NCBI RefSeq assembly: GCF_964204645.1
Contig: NC_134031.1
Coordinates: 12,278,088 to 12,342,087 of the forward strand
Source of the DNA: Tubulanus polymorphus
Taxonomy: Eukaryota; Animalia; Nemertea
Reading direction: 5' to 3'
DNA length: 64,000 nucleotides
Shown: positions 52,001 to 64,000 of the stretch, piece by piece
How the letters are laid out: each line of letters begins with the position of its first letter
Numbering within the stretch: the first letter of the stretch is position 1
Program-made: the position numbers and the translations under genes
Notes under the pieces: model-generated
Told to the model about the DNA's origin: nothing
Database searches by the model: none
Seen by the model: the letters and a program-made list of their open reading frames with translations, nothing else

Positions 52001-54604
52001 TGGGCATGAATGCCAGGGTGCAAGAATCTGATATGATAAAAATTCTTGGTGTCTGCTGGAACTACAGCACTGATGAAATCATGTTCGATCTTACTGATAT
52101 TATAAATTGCATTCAAGATCTGACACCGACTAAAAGGAATATAGTAGGAGGCGCAGCAAGGTTCTTCGACCCATTAGGAGTAATAGCACCAGCAGTGTTG
52201 AAGTTTAAACTGTTATTTCAAGACACATGTAGATCAGAAATCGGCTGGGATGAAATCGTAGACGCTGATTTAGAACGGCAATGGAAGCAAATTGTCGAGG
52301 ATATGAAGAATTTTGAGACAATCCATCTGACAAGATGCTATTCAGCTGGGTTGAATGGTGGAATTGATTCATTTGAACTCCATGGCTTCTGTGACGCTTC
52401 ATGTAAGGCCTACGGGCAGTGATATACTTAGTAGCTCGATCAGAAGATCAGTCGAACTCAAGTTTTGTAGTATCCAAGACCGAAGTGGCACCAACTAAAC
52501 AAGTATCCATCCCACGACTAGAGTTGCTGTCTGCAGTTACACTGGCCAAACTAATGAAGGTTGTTTATGATGAATTATCATTGGTGACAAAAATCGATGA
52601 AGTATACTGTTGGACCGACTCTAAGGTGGCTCTAGCTTGGATTAAGGGAGTGACAAAAGACTGGAAACAATTCGTTGAAAATAGAGTTCGAGTGATAAGA
52701 AAATTGATCAAACCTGAAGCATGGCGACACTGTGCTGGTATTAAAAATCCAGCTGACATTCCATCTAGAGGTATAAGATTCAGTGAACTAAGCTCTGACA
52801 AAATGTGGCTCACCGGACCAGATTGGTTGCTAAAGAAGTCGCTACCAAGTAAGATCGAAAAAATTGATGACGCTTTGCCTGAAGAATGTTTAGTAGAGAT
52901 GAAAATTGCTCAGCGTAATCTAATTTCATCTACATCAATGATGTGTCTTGAAGTCGGTACTGTCTCAGAAAGAGAGATAGTTATAGAAGAAATCATAGAC
53001 TGTAAGAAATACAGTAGCTTTACAAAACTAGTAATGGTGACTTCTGCAGTAATGAAGGCATTTAAAGTTTGGAGAAGAAAAACCCGTGATTGGGAACTGT
53101 CAATAAATGACTTGAATGATGCTGAAAAGTTGTGGTTAACAGTGGTTCAAGTGTTTAAAGATACATAGACTGTATAATGTATGGCGTTTGCAACTTAAGT
53201 TATTTGAAGAAGATGGTATTATCAAAAGTGCTGGTAGATTGCAGAATTCTACCTTGAAATCTAGTCAGAAAAATCCAATCGTCCTCGTAAATCATCATGT
53301 CACTGAAATAATCATCTGGGATGCACACGAGAGGGTTATGCACCAGAAGGTGAAAGCTACGCTTGGTGAAGTGCGCTCCAGATTCTGGATAATTAGAGAA
53401 AGACAGATTGTGAAGAAATTGATAGCCAAATGCTATTTATGTAAAAACCTTGATGCATTACCATACAAGCTGCCACTACCTCCACCACTTCCTGAATTCA
53501 GAGTGACTAGGTCACACCCTTTCGAAACGACTGGTGTAGATTTTGCCGGACCTATGTATGTGAAGGGAAGAAAGAAGATTTGGATCTGCTTGTTTACTTG
53601 TACTACAAGTAGAGCTGTTCATCTAGAATTGGTATTAGAGCTTACAACAGACGGTTTTCTACGATGTCTTAGAAGATTTGCAGCACGTCGTGGAATGCCT
53701 AGAAAAATTATCTCTGACAATGCTAAGACTTATAGGAAAACATCAACAGAGTTAGCAAAATTGTTATCTGACCCGAGACTCAAGGAATTTGCTCTAAGAA
53801 ATCGAATTGAATGGATGTTCATTTTGGAGAAAGCCCCATGGTGGGGAGGGTTTTATGAACGCCTAGTTAAGTCGGTGAAACGTTGTTTAAAGAAGATCCT
53901 TGGAGTCACGAAGCTTAGTATTGAAGAATATAATACAGTCCTCACTGAAGTGGAATTAGTTTTGAATTGTAGGCCTTTGAACTACATAGCCTCTGATGAT
54001 TTTGATGAACCTGTTACACCATCACATCTCGTGTATGGAATACGTCTCATGGGAACACCAGATACCCATCCTTGTTCTGAAGAATATGTTCCAGAAATGG
54101 ATAGAAAAGCTATGAGTGGAAGAATGAGACATCTGAAAACGTTGATGGATCACTTTTGGCAAAGATGGTCCAGCGAATACTTGCTCGAACTTAGAGAATC
54201 TCATCGGCAACAGAATAAAGAAAATTCTGACCGAAGAAAAGTAAAAATTGGTGAAATAGTTCTTGTACACGATGAAGGGAAGCAGAGAGGTGAATGGAGA
54301 CTTGGAAAAATCTGGTAGTGATGGCAACCCGAGAGGTGCTGTTTTGAAGTTAGGAGTTCGCGATAAGAAGTCAACAACTCTTAGAAGGCCACTCAACTTG
54401 CTGTATCCATTAGAAGTTCAAGACTCGCCCGAATTAACCAGGGATGCGCAAGCAGAAAACGTTCGGAGACCTATAGGCCTAGATGTCGTCACACGTCCAT
54501 CTGAAGTAGTGTGTCAATCTCGTCCGAAGAGAAAATCAAAAGAAAATGCCGAAAAGCGTTTATCTGGATGGATTAACGAACTCGAATTAAGTGACGATTG
54601 TTAG
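49060..54604 (+). pseudogene. BEL/Pao gag-pol polyprotein (one nonsense codon at 49891, about 3 frameshifts)
   Basis: RLPKLELKKFNGD..W..FW..F (DUF1759-type gag); three CCHC knuckles; protease LFDTGSQKSYI; RT RIVYDAS, DIEKAFLQI, YVDD; RNase H HGFCDAS, IPRLEL, WTDS, NPADIPSRG; integrase GVDFAGP, SDNAK, PWWGGFYERLV. Confidence 0.95.
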
Positions 54605-55724
54605 TATGTGAACTGACTAACGTTTCTACACAGTGTTGATCGAACCTGTTATTGCGAACTTGCGAATGATGAACATTTGTGTTACTGATGGAATCGTAAT
54701 TGGATACTTGTGAATATATCAACATTTTGACACTTGCGTGAACAATATCATCGAAACGAATAATGATTTGTGTAGTGATTAAATATATATATATATGGGA
54801 GGTGAGCCTAGCGCCCTCTCTTTATAGACCGTGAAGGTCTCAGTGATTCGTATGTTACAAGCCGAAGCTTGCATTTATCATTTGTGATTAACTCTTCAAT
54901 TTATGCGATATGCGCTGACATTATTGTGATTAATATCAGAGGAGGTGAGCCTAGCGCCCTCTCTTAATTGACCGTGAAGGTCATATGTAATCGGAAATCT
55001 ACTATTATCAGTTCGATGGTTACTTGGAAAATTAGAACTCTACGTACCCTATAAGTTAACGAACTCATCCAGTTAATGGAATATGAAGTGAACGATTATT
55101 TTACATCAGTGAACCAGACTCTAAGTTACTATTCAGCTGTTGCGTATAGACGAGAAGATAAACTTAAATATCTGGTTGTACCAAGATGCGGTTATCATAT
55201 TATGCGAAGACTCGGTTAATTTACCTAGAACTTTAACGGAACTTTATCGGTTACGTACTTTTAATCACACGAAGTGATTCATTAAGATAAACATACAATT
55301 TAATATAGTTTGATATAGTTGTATTTTGTTTTAAACGTGCAAAATTATTAAGTGAACTATCTTCATATTATAGATGATAAACAGAAGTTAGGATTAGTTA
55401 CTTAATACTTTAACTATTATAGAGAAGTTTAGTTGTAGTGAATTTGCTTAACGTTCGAGGTTTTAACGTTCGAGGTTCGAGTCCTCTTTAATTAGTTTAA
55501 TCATTAAAATAGTTAATTATATATTAGCTGAATATTTTATATAATTTTCTTTGCGAAACTAATTGTAACTTAACTCAGTCTAATCTAGGGATAAGTAGGA
55601 TTGCTATAAACTTTTAGAGATTTTATTGATTGTTTCTGAATCTATTTTTTGACTTGATTAGAGAATTTATTTAGATAACTTAGATTAATTTAATTTTGGA
55701 ACAGTATTGTCCCAAGATGGGGAG

Positions 55725-55911
55725 TGTAAGAAATGTTTGAAAATTAATAATGTTAAACTGTGTACTACACGGTAGCGCCATCTGGCGTCTTGTGTTCGAA
55801 ATAAAGATGGAGAAATCCCACCAACAGAAAATATGATCGTCCGAGTTTGATGCTTTTTTTAAACTAGTCAGAGAAGGGGAACTCTATAAATACCAGCAAA
55901 AGAACATAACA
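55725..55911 (+). repeat. 3' LTR
   Basis: tgtaagaaatg...aacataaca, preceded by the PPT. Confidence 0.95.
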
Positions 55912-58900
55912 ATGGATAACTGCAGCCTATGTGGAAACCCAATGGATGATGTGTCATCAACAGTAACTCTCAGGGAGAAAGACTGTGATACAGTCAACAA
56001 AGCCAGCGATGCGCGCGGTTCGCAAGTCCACGTTGAGCCTGGACAAAAAGTTTACATTGAATGTCGGCTGATATTCACTAGTCCGAAAGACATTGAACGG
56101 ACTAAACGAAAATGAGAAGTATCACCTGCTACAGGGGAAAAATGTATGCCCTGATTATCTGAACCATTGTTCTCATTTCAAGAACACTGTTTGTATTGTG
56201 GCACCAGTGGAAAATATGATCGAAAAAAGAAAGGATATGAACTTACACCAGTTTGAACAATGGACTTTCAATGTAAAATAGCCGAAGCTTGTTCGAATCG
56301 TGGTGACAAATGGGCAGAAATAGTTAAAGGCAGAATTGCTTTTGCTTGTGATGTTCATGCAGCAGATGCCATGTATCATCAGTCCTGTAACGTGAACTGT
56401 AGGACAGGCAAAGATGTACCTGGATGCTTTGTATCAAATGAAGTCATCACACAAGAAAGACAAAAGCCTGGACGACCCAAAGAATGCGAGAAAGTGGTAG
56501 CCTTCAAAAAGTAGCCGAATATCTTGAGAAAAATGATGAAGAACAGATTACGATAAATGACTTTGTTTGCAAAAGGGAAGAATTCTTAGAAGGTACCGAG
56601 TGTCAGCCATATAGTTCGAGATACATGAAGCAGAAGCTTGAGAATCTCTTCGGCGATAGAATTGTTATAACTGAAATAAGTGGAAGGCCAAATATTGTTA
56701 CATTCAAAGGAACTGCATCTTCAATTCTCAGAGAATATTTTAGAGAAGAAAAGGAAAGCACCATCGAAGCAGAAAAGATAAAACTGATAAAAACAGCTGC
56801 AAACCTGATTAAAAGTGATATCAAATCGATTGTCAGCTCGAAAGATATCTATCCCACTAGTCTGGAGATGGCGACACTTGAAGAAGCAAGATCGTTTATA
56901 CTGGAGTCACTATATCTACTGTTGGAGGCATTATTCACAGGGAAGGATAAGGCCTTAAAGTCATGTTCAATCGGACAAGCAAACGTGCAGGCAACACGTC
57001 CAAGAATCCTTCTGACTCCATTGCATTGAATGCTTCACTTTTGGTTCGACGTCCAAGACCTGCATGGTCAGGTTTCATGCAAATGATCCACAAAGGTGAC
57101 CATCCTGGACCAGCGTCAATAGCATTTTTACCGATGATAGATATGGACCCAAGTGATTTGATTCATGAGTTTCTTCAGATGCATGGGCCATTTCATGGCA
57201 GGCACAAGTTTACAAGAGATCCTGGAGAAAATCTAAGCTGGGAACACCGTTGCACATATCCTCAGTGGTAAAGCTGTGGCTAGGGCTCTAAGTGGACACA
57301 TTCTTGCATCTTCTGCATTGTATACATTGTTGGTTTCAAGTTCATTCAGCATAATGTTGCCACAGTCTTCTCCTGATGAGGATTCGTGTGAGCTCTCAGA
57401 TGCACTAAACGAACCAGACGACATTGATGTTGATATCCAAAGTTCCGCTGCGTTGTCACAACCATCCACTGACGATGAATTATGTGAAGAATCAGAAATA
57501 CTGAAAGAATGCAACGACAACAACAACAATATTAGTCTACAACCAGAAGTCACTCCTCATGAGTTGGTGGCGGTTGGAGATTTATACGATGAATTACTGG
57601 AAGGAAAAATTGATGCGGCAGATATCCGTAACTCTGCGGTAATCACTTCTCTACACGACAGAATAACAGACGTAAGATCGGTCTTAAAAGACAACCAGAC
57701 ATCACAGGTATGGCTACAGTACATAGATATGATGGACATAGCTCTTCAACATTTGACAGCAGAGTGTACTGGTGATTGGAAACTGTATTTGAAAGCAATG
57801 TTTAACATGCTACCATACCTAGCAGCATCTGGTCACAACTCATACACCAAGTCATTACACATTCATCTTCGACAGATGACCAGGCTTGAGGAACTGAATC
57901 CAGGGTTATAAAAGAAGTTTATGCATGGGTACCGTGTTATGCGTAGAAGTGACAAGTTCTGGTGTGGATTATCCCCTGATCTCATAATATAGCAAGCTCT
58001 CATGAGGAGTCTTAAGACAAATGGTAGTCTCACGCGAGGAAGGGGAATGACTGAGATGCAGCGTATTATATGGTGTCTATTTAGTCCAGTCTGTGCCGAG
58101 ATCAACAGTGCTATGCAACAGCTAACATCTGTGACATATTCCACAAGTGAGCAACATAATGACTTATCATAGTCTTGACAAGCAAGGGACTTGGCTGACA
58201 CCAAAGAGGTGATTTCATTCCTTCAAGCAAATAATCCATTTGAAGGAGACATATCACTTCGAAGCATAGCTACAGGCAACAAGGGACTTGGCTGACACCA
58301 AAGAGGTGATTTCATTCCTTCAAGCAAATAATCCATTTGAAGGAGACATATCACTTCGAAGCATAGCTACAGGCAACAACACAGCTAGACGCAATGTGAA
58401 CATTGACTGTGCAAAGGACATTGGAAATCGAATCCTCAAGAAAATGATCGGGAATGATGCGATTGAATACACCTTCAAAAAGGTCGACCAAGCCATTACA
58501 TTCAAATCTAAATCCACAGTAAAAATCAATGGCAAGGTTATCCACATCGATCCTCAGCTATTGATTCAATGACTGATTATTGTTGGAACGCGATGAACGG
58601 ATGACTTGTCTGAGGTATTCAAGTTTGAGTTGTGTAGCTATCCTCCTGCATTGTTTGCAGAACGCTGCCAATAAACCAGCCCTTGCAAAACAGCTGTGGT
58701 CTTTGGTTCCTCCTGAAGATCCATAGAATAGAAAGAACTGTCAATATGTACTGGATGGTGGTGCCCTCTTACATTAAATTCCCTGGCAGAAAGGAGATAT
58801 ATATGAAGTGATTGTGAACCACTATACCAGTTACGTTACTAGGAAGTATGGTTCCGCCATCGTTGTGTTTGATGGCTATGTCAGCGGCCCATCAACAAAG

Positions 58901-59907
58901 GATTCTACACATCAGCGTCGAGCTCAAAATGATAGTGGATGCTCAGTTTCCTTCAACGCCTCGATGACACTTCAAATGCATAAAGAAGAATTTCTCTCAA
59001 ACAAGCAAAACAAGCAGCAGTTTATCACCATCCTTGGTGACAGATTAGACAAAGTTGGTTGTGAGGCAAAAGCCGATGCAGATTTGTTGATCGTAAAGGC
59101 TGCTGTGGAATGTTCATCAAGACGTAATACAATACTAGTAGGAGATGACACTGATCTACTGATTATCCTGTGCTGGCACGCCAGAGCTCATGCTTATGAC
59201 ATATTCTTCATGCCAGAACCAAAGAAAGGTCTTCCTGCTAAGTATCTCAATGTGAACTCTTTGTAAGCATCCCTAGGAGAACACATGTGCAATCACATAT
59301 TGTTTGTCCATGCTATTCTAGGTTGTGACACAACTTCAAGACTATTTGGAATTGGGAAACCTCTAGCTCTGAAGTTAATCCGCGAAAATGAATACTTCTT
59401 GCAGCAAGCAGCCTTCTTTGCTGATTCAGCATCTGGTTCGAGTCGAGTTATCACTGCCGGGAAAACGCTCTGATCTGTCTCTATAAAGGAAAACAATCTG
59501 ATATTTTAGATACACTATGTCTACCAGATTTCTGGAACTTGTTGCTGTCAGTAAATCTGTGATTCATCCGAAGTCTTTACCAGCAACATCAGCGTCCGCT
59601 AAATATCACAGCTTACGTGTATTCTATCAAGTTCAGCAGTGGATGGACGTGGAACTGAACCCAGAAGAATGGGGTTGGAGGAACATAGATAGAAAACTCT
59701 CTCCAATACAGTTACAAAGATCCAGCAACTGTATCTCTTCTTGAACAAATAAGATGCAAGTGCAAAACAGGATGCAACACAATGCGTTGTGGGTGCGGCA
59801 AACAAGGCCTAGAGTGCTCACTTGCTTGTTTAGAGTGTAGGGGAATTTGTGAGAACTTAAGTGAGGACAATGCAAATGGGGAAGAACAGGATATAGAGGA
59901 TACTTAA
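55912..59907 (+). pseudogene. Academ transposase / XPG-like nuclease / Cys-rich finger polyprotein, with many stops, frameshifts and deletions
   Basis: DVHAADAMYHQSC; FLPMIDMDPSD; WLQYIDMM...MLPYLAASGHNSYTKS; VFDGY, ADADLLIV, GDDTDLL, LGCDTTS (XPG/PIN-like acidic motifs); C-terminal RCKCKTGCNTMRCGCGKQGLECSLACLECRGIC. Confidence 0.85.
58183..58376 (+). repeat. Perfect 97-bp tandem duplication inside the Academ ORF
   Basis: caagggacttggctgacacc...tacaggcaa occurs twice head-to-tail (58183 and 58280). Confidence 0.92.
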
Positions 59908-62900
59908 GTGTCATAATCCAGTTTAACACTTATATCGCCGTGTTTATACTATATGCTCACACTATATGTACATGCTCACATGTGTTTAACCAAGGTTAAA
60001 AACATTTTTAATTTTGTTCTGACAAAATAAGTACTCTATTATCTACCATGGTTATGATGAGTATAGAAGTTATCGGGATCATACATCTCTATATTAGACC
60101 CTTTAATAAGGTTTGTCAGAATATGAGTTTGATCAGTCCAAAACTGGACACGTGACCATCATGTCCTTCCAATAAATTATATACTAAATATAAATGTGAG
60201 TAGTTTACACATGGTATTAAATGCATTACTAATAAATTTTCATGACATAATCATAACAGTTATTAGGATATTAAGACATGTTCAATCACTTACTCCAAAA
60301 TTGTGTGGTCCCACCCAAAACTGGGCTATGGGCCATTACTGCCCTTCCAGTGCACCATAGACTGAATATAAATATGTTTCTGAGTAGTGTATATATGATT
60401 TTATATGTGTTAATAGTACATTGTGATGTTATAATTATGACGGTTATTGAGTTATTGAGTCGTTTTCTTCATTTTACCCCCAAAAAGGGCGTGGCCCCAA
60501 AAACCATGTTCCACCAAATGGATTTTGGAATACTTTTTTTTCTGTGCATAAGGGACCTTTCTCGATGTCAAAAAAGTTTGTTTCGTTTCTTTTGCAATTT
60601 GTTCCAGGTCAAATTGCAAAACTACTAGACTATTGTACTGTAGTGAACTGATGTTTGATCATTTTTAAGCCTACCCGGCCGTATCAGAATTATGAACCAG
60701 ATTTGAACGCCCAATCATTGCAATAGAATGCATTCGTTTTTCTATCCTCGAGGCATTAAGCCAACTGAATCCTGCCCCTGGAATTATTTAGCCTAACTAG
60801 CAGTTCCCCATGAAATTATTGAAAGTTTTTAGGTGCATGTCAGTAAATTGTTTCTATCAGCTTTATCGGGCAATGTAGCGTTAACCTTATGATTATCCTC
60901 ACAGGTGCTCCCAGACTGATTTATTCGAAAGTATTTCATAAGACTAACTTTCCCAAATACATAATATTGTATGACTGGGAGAGGATTTGTAGGTGACCAT
61001 AAAACTATACTGATGACCTCGTTCATCGATCCAATGATCTCACTCTGTTGCACGTCTCGCCCTCCAGTAAGGTACGGAGATTAAAACTATTTCATTAGAT
61101 GGCACCGACAGCGCTGAAACGAATTGAATTAATGGTATAAGAAGAACGGTGGAATAAAGATCCATTGCAACAGAAAATAGCTGACCATTTTTTTCCGTGC
61201 AATAGAATAAGACAATGATTTACAGTGATAAATATATTATTAAAGGCGGTGTACAGAAGCGATGTCAATTTTTGCATCCATCTGCAATTGATATGATAGT
61301 ATGTATTGTAAATGTTGCATGTGATATGATCCTACTTCTAGCCTACGATGTTCTCCTGATGAAGAAGAGCCTGATGTTTGTTATGTAAAACATTTTTAAT
61401 TATGTTTTTTTTAGATTTCTTTTAATTTATTACATCAATATACATCGTACTGAGCAGATTGTAGGTATATAGTAGGTACTTGAGTGACTTGAACTAAACA
61501 CCCATATACGGCCACACCAGAGAGTGGTGTTTAATCAAGGTATGACTGTACATCGTTATTTCATTGATTGTTGAATTTTGAATTAGATCACCGGAACACA
61601 ACTTTGAGTTTAAAATTGTGGGTGGTCTTCACTAGTTACTGCCATGTTCAAATTTGATTTGGTTTTAGGAATATTACTAGATCAAAAGTTACTCCGGCAT
61701 TGGTTTGTTGTAACTTTTGACTATTATTTTGAATCATTGTACATTTGTGGGGTCCTTACAACTGGGTTAGTTTGTTCAAAGAATGAAAAAGCCCATTTCC
61801 AGTATATTTTACATTCATAAACCATTGAGATTTCTCAAATGACATTATAATTTACAGGTAATCCAGAAAGGTGAGGGTGAATTGGTGCTGACAGGAAGAC
61901 TGTTTCAAACATCAAAATTACGCAGAAGACAGTGGGATTTTGTCCCGTGCGAATTCTGCTTCGCATTCTACTATAAAGAAAGCTTGCGGAGCCACATCAA
62001 GTCCTCAAGTCCTCATCTGTAGCCTGAAAAAACTATATCTGAAATGGAAGATGTCTGCTCAGTCCTGGCGTTTGAAAAACTGGTGATGATCAGGAGGAGA
62101 TTGAAGTGGTGAACCTAATCTGTGGCATGAGAGAAACAAAGGCCAATCCACAAATTGTTGCTATATGTAGAAAAGATCCTCTGGTTTGAGATTTTCCTAA
62201 AGCTTTACTTGGACGTCTCGGAAATTAAGACGAATAGAGGAGAAAAGAAAGGAGAATATTCGTACTAAACTACCTCATGTGGGACGATTTATGCAGCAAT
62301 TTGATTCTCGTAGCAATAAGACACATAATTTGACCACCATATAATCCCCAGGCAACTTTTAGGCGGTAGTTAACCCATAAGACGCTGGGGCTTCATATAT
62401 ATGTTCCTAAATAACAAACGCTTAATTAGCCAATTATATTTGAATGCGCATATAATAAAAATTAAGTAGAGATGTAGTGTGAAAACAACTGAAAATGATG
62501 CATTTCAACCATTATTTTGGAAATAATTACCCAGGCTTTCTATTGCTGTATAGATTTGGTCAATCAAAAGTTTGACCTTTGACCCCTCAAAGGTCAAGGC
62601 ATATAGGTGGCGGTATAGTAATGAAGTCGTGATAATTTTAAGCCGAAAATGATTTCAAAAATCCGCCATGTTTCATTAATACACTTGTTGCGCACTGGCT
62701 GTAGTTATTGTTCACAGGAAATAACAGATCCGGACTAGTTGTAAGTCCATATCCGTGACTTACGGTTGAGTTTGAAGCGCAAGGTCGTATGGTAATTTGT
62801 AGGCTTTTCAGGATGTAGATTTATCAATGGATGATGATTCTTGCGACATTCTTATTACAAGAGCTAACAATCAGATTGAGCCGACACAACTAAGTGTATA

Positions 62901-62953
62901 AAATGTCATTTCAAATAAGAACTTAATTAGTAAAAAGAGACTAAAACACTAAC

Positions 62954-63042
62954 CTTATATTAGTGATAACTCTTGATTTCCGTAGAATCCTATATATCTG
63001 GTCTTCAATTTCATGTTGGAGATATTTGAGAGGAATCTGTTT
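62954..63042 (-). CDS. smg8: SMG8 coding exon
   Basis: Acceptor catttcag, donor gttagt. Encodes KQIPLKYLQHEIEDQIYRILRKSRVITNI(S), matching SMG8 LQHALEDQIYRIFRKSRVLTN. Follows a 70-bp intron and ends in phase 2. Not in the ORF track. Confidence 0.92.
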
Positions 63043-63112
63043 CTGAAATGGGTAATAAAAGTTGAGCACAATACCAACTCAAATCGAAAGATCTTTCTAC
63101 GGAAATACTTAC

Positions 63113-63272
63113 TGTCTGTAGGTGAATATGATCGAGGTCAAATGAGGAACCTAAAGTCACCTTTTCAAAATAGAAAAGCACTCTTGGTGAACAAGGTCTT
63201 GCAGCCAATATCCAATCCTTTGATATGGGAAATCCTTTTAACTCGTCTGTTATGTGTGGCTGTAGTTTTATC
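63113..63272 (-). CDS. smg8: SMG8 (nonsense-mediated decay factor) coding exon, most 5' exon seen in the window
   Basis: Acceptor cattatag, donor gtaagt. Encodes IKLQPHITDELKGFPISKDWILAARPCSPRVLFYFEK..., resembling the SMG8 motif KDW.LN.RPCPPRLLF.F as I recall it. 160 bp, ends in phase 0. Confidence 0.88.
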
Positions 63273-64000
63273 CTATAATGAAAAAAATACAAAGATCAAG
63301 GTCAACATAAGTGTGATATGATTGTGTATATATACATCAATAAAAGTAGTTCCAAGTATGGCGGTCGTTCTTGTCATGTGTTGTTGTTATCTGACGCTCT
63401 GACAGTCGAATATATTTCAAGTCCTGATATCGGAGGACATCATAACATGGTGGCAGCGGGAACAATAGACGCAAGAGATCATCCGGAACGCAGTAAGTCA
63501 TCTTGCCGAGGCTTATGTACGCCATAATTGTCATAGATGTAGTTGGTTAAACTGTTAACTTCGAATATCGGTTGTCATCGATTGCTGCTTGCTATTTCGC
63601 AATCGGATGTTTTGCAACCGTGCATTCACGGTGCTTCCCATTGATTGATGGGGCAACGGAGGTTTGCTGCTTCTTCGTAGAAACGACTGTGATCGAAACG
63701 CTGTTCTGGTGAAGAGGGACATGTCTGCAGTGTGGTGATTTCTCGTCAGTGATATATCTTACGGACGTGTAACAGCGATATACGGTACATTCAACGGTGG
63801 ACATAGAGACGCATTTATGCTGATCCTGGTGGACGAACGTTCTTCAGTATTGCTGGTTATCTCTGTTACGGACAACTCGTCGCTGATTAAAAAATTAAGA
63901 TTTTGTTCAGTGTGACTTTCAATCCGGTTCATTCGTTGATCACGTATTTTAAAATAAGAACTGTGCATTATTTCTTATTCTATATTGGCTGCTGTTTAAA

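Larger units (their letters stand above)
48738..55911 (+). mobile_element. Full-length BEL/Pao LTR retrotransposon
   Basis: TG..CA LTRs at 48738-48923 and 55725-55911, 5-bp TSD ATGGA (48733-48737 and 55912-55916), PBS tggtccctcgaaccggat, PPT aagatggggag. Confidence 0.96.
47710..60632 (+). mobile_element. AcademX DNA transposon, both ends present, coding region decayed
   Basis: TAGTC...GACTA termini, imperfect TIRs (shared ggaa.aaattgcaaa.gaa and atttggtggaac blocks), 3-bp TSD TTG (47707-47709 and 60633-60635), transposase plus XPG-like plus Cys-rich ORF remnants. Confidence 0.85.

Noticed and set aside
54605-55724. env-like gene in the BEL 3' region
   Set aside because: No ORF of 60 aa or more in the track, and the sequence is AT-rich and non-coding in character.
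193-63968. Remaining short ORFs in the track
   Set aside because: They are antisense shadows of TE genes or random frames in intronic DNA without recognisable motifs.

Overview
AT-rich eukaryotic DNA, most likely from an aquatic invertebrate (inferred from the transposon repertoire). The whole window lies inside one host gene on the minus strand. Four phase-compatible GT-AG exons (63113-63272, 62954-63042, 41587-41717, 18352-18548) splice into a peptide recognisable as the NMD factor SMG8. Three very large introns (about 21 kb, about 23 kb and probably more than 18 kb) are filled with nested mobile DNA. Intron 18549-41586 holds a decayed Polinton/Maverick (adintovirus-like) endogenous virus (about 20012-41030) with integrase, a probable penton, protein-primed PolB and several small genes. 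It is interrupted by three Helentron-type non-autonomous elements and by a very young Penelope element carrying two identical minimal hammerhead ribozymes. Nine of the 11 viral genes start with ATAAATG, similar to poxvirus late promoters; the two exceptions are integrase and PolB. Intron 41718-62953 holds a full-length AcademX transposon (47710-60632, TTG TSD), into which a BEL/Pao LTR retrotransposon inserted exactly on the Academ start codon (ATGGA TSD). The left 18 kb contains MITEs, a hAT deletion derivative, a tRNA-derived SINE, an E-box-rich EnSpm-like element, LINE fragments and a second PolB fragment. All family assignments come from motif recognition by eye; no database searches were run.
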